Shown here one piece after another: positions 62,062 through 64,000 of a stretch of DNA of 64,000 nucleotides; within the stretch, counting starts at the first letter, position 1, and every line of letters begins with the position of its first letter. Below the pieces are notes generated by a model. That model saw nothing but the letters and a program-made list of their open reading frames with translations. It was not told the origin of the DNA and made no database searches. The position numbers and the translations under genes were made by a program. The stretch is from Opitutales bacterium (GTDB lineage: Bacteria; Verrucomicrobiota; Verrucomicrobiia; Opitutales; UBA2987), in the NCBI GenBank assembly GCA_965226885.1, contig CBDDEL010000017.1, forward strand, positions 320,001-384,000, given 5' to 3'.

Positions 62062-62914
62062 GTGTCTGCTCCAATCGAAATCTGTTGTCTGGGTGAACTG
62101 CTGATTGACTTTGTCGCTACCACTGCGGGTCAATCGCTGGTCGATACGAACAGTTTTCACAAGTGCGCGGGCGGTGCCCCGGCCAATGTGGCTGTGGCGG
62201 CAAAACGCCTCGGCGCAAAGTCAGCCCTTGTGGCCAAAGTGGGCGCCGATCCTTTCGGGGATTTCCTCATCCAGACCCTGCGGGACGAAGGAATCGCCAC
62301 CGCTTCGATTGCCCGAGACGCCAAATGTCGCACAACCCTGGCCTTCGTTTCTATTTTTGAAGATGGTGAACGGGATTTTGTTTTTTATCGAAATCCGGGT
62401 GCGGATACCCAGCTATCGGTCGATGATTTGCCTCGGGACCTCATTTCGACCGCTAAAATCCTGCACTTCGGTTCTCTCAGCCTAACCCAGGAGCCCGCGA
62501 GGGAAGCAACCTTAACAGCGGTGCAATTGGCTCGAAATGCGCGGGCGATCATCTCCATGGACCCCAATTTGCGCCCAAACTTGTGGCCCTATCCCGAGCA
62601 GGCTAAATTGGAAGTTCTGAACGTAATTCCTCAAGTGGATTTGCTCAAGGTCAGCGCCGATGAAGCAACTTTTCTCTCCGGTTTAAGCGATTTGGAGGAA
62701 GCGGCAGATTACTTGAGGTCTCTTGGACCCAAACTGGTTCTGCTCACCCGAGGAAAGGATGGAGTAATCTACCACAACGATAAATTTACAGGGACTGTTC
62801 CAGGTTTTCCGGTTGCCGCTACGGACACGACCGGCGCAGGCGACAGCTTTATTGCCGGTTGGCAGACGCATTGGTTGAAACATGCGCCCACATCGTCCGG
62901 TCTTGAGGATCTAG
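62062..62914 (+). pseudogene. PfkB-family carbohydrate kinase (fructokinase-like), C-terminus cut by IS1380
   Basis: GGAPANVA, DPNLR, DTTGAGDSF; last residues of the ORF read into the IS; final ANA.GA helix missing. Confidence 0.88.
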
Positions 62915-64000
62915 CCCGGATATTTCGTAAAAAAAGTATCGTTGATATGCTTAACTGCTGATATACAGCAGGATAGATCAATAATTAAAGCAATATCAGC
63001 GATGACAAAAGGTAAACAATTAAAGCTACAGTTGACAAGGGTAAAAGGCCGCCGTGTGCGGGTTGATTTCAAGGGCGGAGAGGTTACTTCGGATGCCGGA
63101 CTGCTTTTGATCCGGGAAGTGGATCGGCAGTTGGGCTTGACCGAACGAGCGGCCCGACAGTTAGTGGACAAACGGCAGAAGGGCAAAGTACGCCATGAGG
63201 TCTTGGGGATGCTGCGGCAGCGCGTTTACGGGCTGGTGGCGGGCTATGAGGATTTGAACGACTTTGATACCCTGCGCCACGATCCATTGTTGCAAACGGT
63301 AACGGGGCGCATTGAAACGTTGGCCAGCGCGCCGACTTTGTGTCGTTTTGAAAACGGGCAGGATCGGCGGGCGGCCTTTGCGGTAAACGAGCTGTTGGTC
63401 GAACAGTTCATGGGCTCCTTTGCCGAGGAACCCGAAGAGATCATCCTGGACTTTGACGCCACCGACAATCCGGTGCACGGGCTCCAGGAGGGACGTTTTT
63501 TCCACGGTTATTATGATCATTACTGTTTTCTGCCGCTATATGTTTTTTGCGGTGATCAGCTGCTGGTGGCCTACCTGCGGCCGAGCAAGATCGATGCCAG
63601 CAAGCATGCCGGGGCCATCCTCAAATTGCTGGTTAAACGGATTCGCCAAAGCTGGCCCCGTACGCGGATTATTTGGCGCGCCGACAGTGGATTTTGTCGA
63701 GACCGGATACTCTCTTGGTGCGACCGCAACGAAGTTAGTTACATCGTGGGGATGGCTCGCAATGCACGCTTGCAGCAAGACGCCCAGCAGTTGCAAAAGC
63801 AGGCCAAAGAATGGTTCGAACTAAGGGGTAAAAAACAACGGTTATTCCAGGACTTCGTCTATGCTGCCGATTCGTGGCGATGGCTGCGGTTGGTCATCCA
63901 TAAAGCCGAACACACCGCACAGGGGTCCAACCCGCGCTTCGTGGTGACGAACCTGCCGGGCGATCCCCAGGAGCTTTACGACAAGGTATACTGTGGCCGC
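62915..64000 (+). mobile_element. IS1380 copy 7 (runs off the window)
   Basis: Left IR after CTAG; transposase near-identical to other copies. Confidence 0.95.

Overview
Bacterial chromosomal segment, probably Verrucomicrobiota/Opitutae-like (an inference from the C-terminal domain of the giant surface protein and the general gene set), undergoing strong recent insertion-sequence expansion. Roughly 18 kb (about 29%) is IS DNA: one IS1380-family element (7 copies plus an end fragment, always flanked by 4-bp YTAR), two IS1-family elements (2 copies each), two IS3-family elements (3 copies and 1 copy plus a 28-bp scar) and ends of two further IS. Housekeeping genes are intact (korAB, a trans-sulfuration lyase, amtB, carAB, proS, ptsH, DEAD helicase, gluQ, M16 peptidase, ABC exporter, tRNA-Phe). 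About ten accessory or secreted-protein genes are broken: M4 protease, giant surface protein, mddA, IrrE/ImmA peptidase, sigma-like factor, avidin, TorF-like porin, vapBC, PfkB kinase. Removing the IS in silico recovers loci the ORF track hides: (i) a sigma-like factor / small protein / IrrE-CapP-type metallopeptidase triad next to tRNA-Phe with att-like signatures; (ii) a shwanavidin/rhizavidin-like dimeric avidin; (iii) a tRNA-Lys(UUU) 5' half cut just after the anticodon loop; (iv) mddA beside a cystathionine gamma-lyase/synthase. Two IS types need a +1 rather than the usual -1 frameshift, and many short slippage-type duplications and deletions are present.
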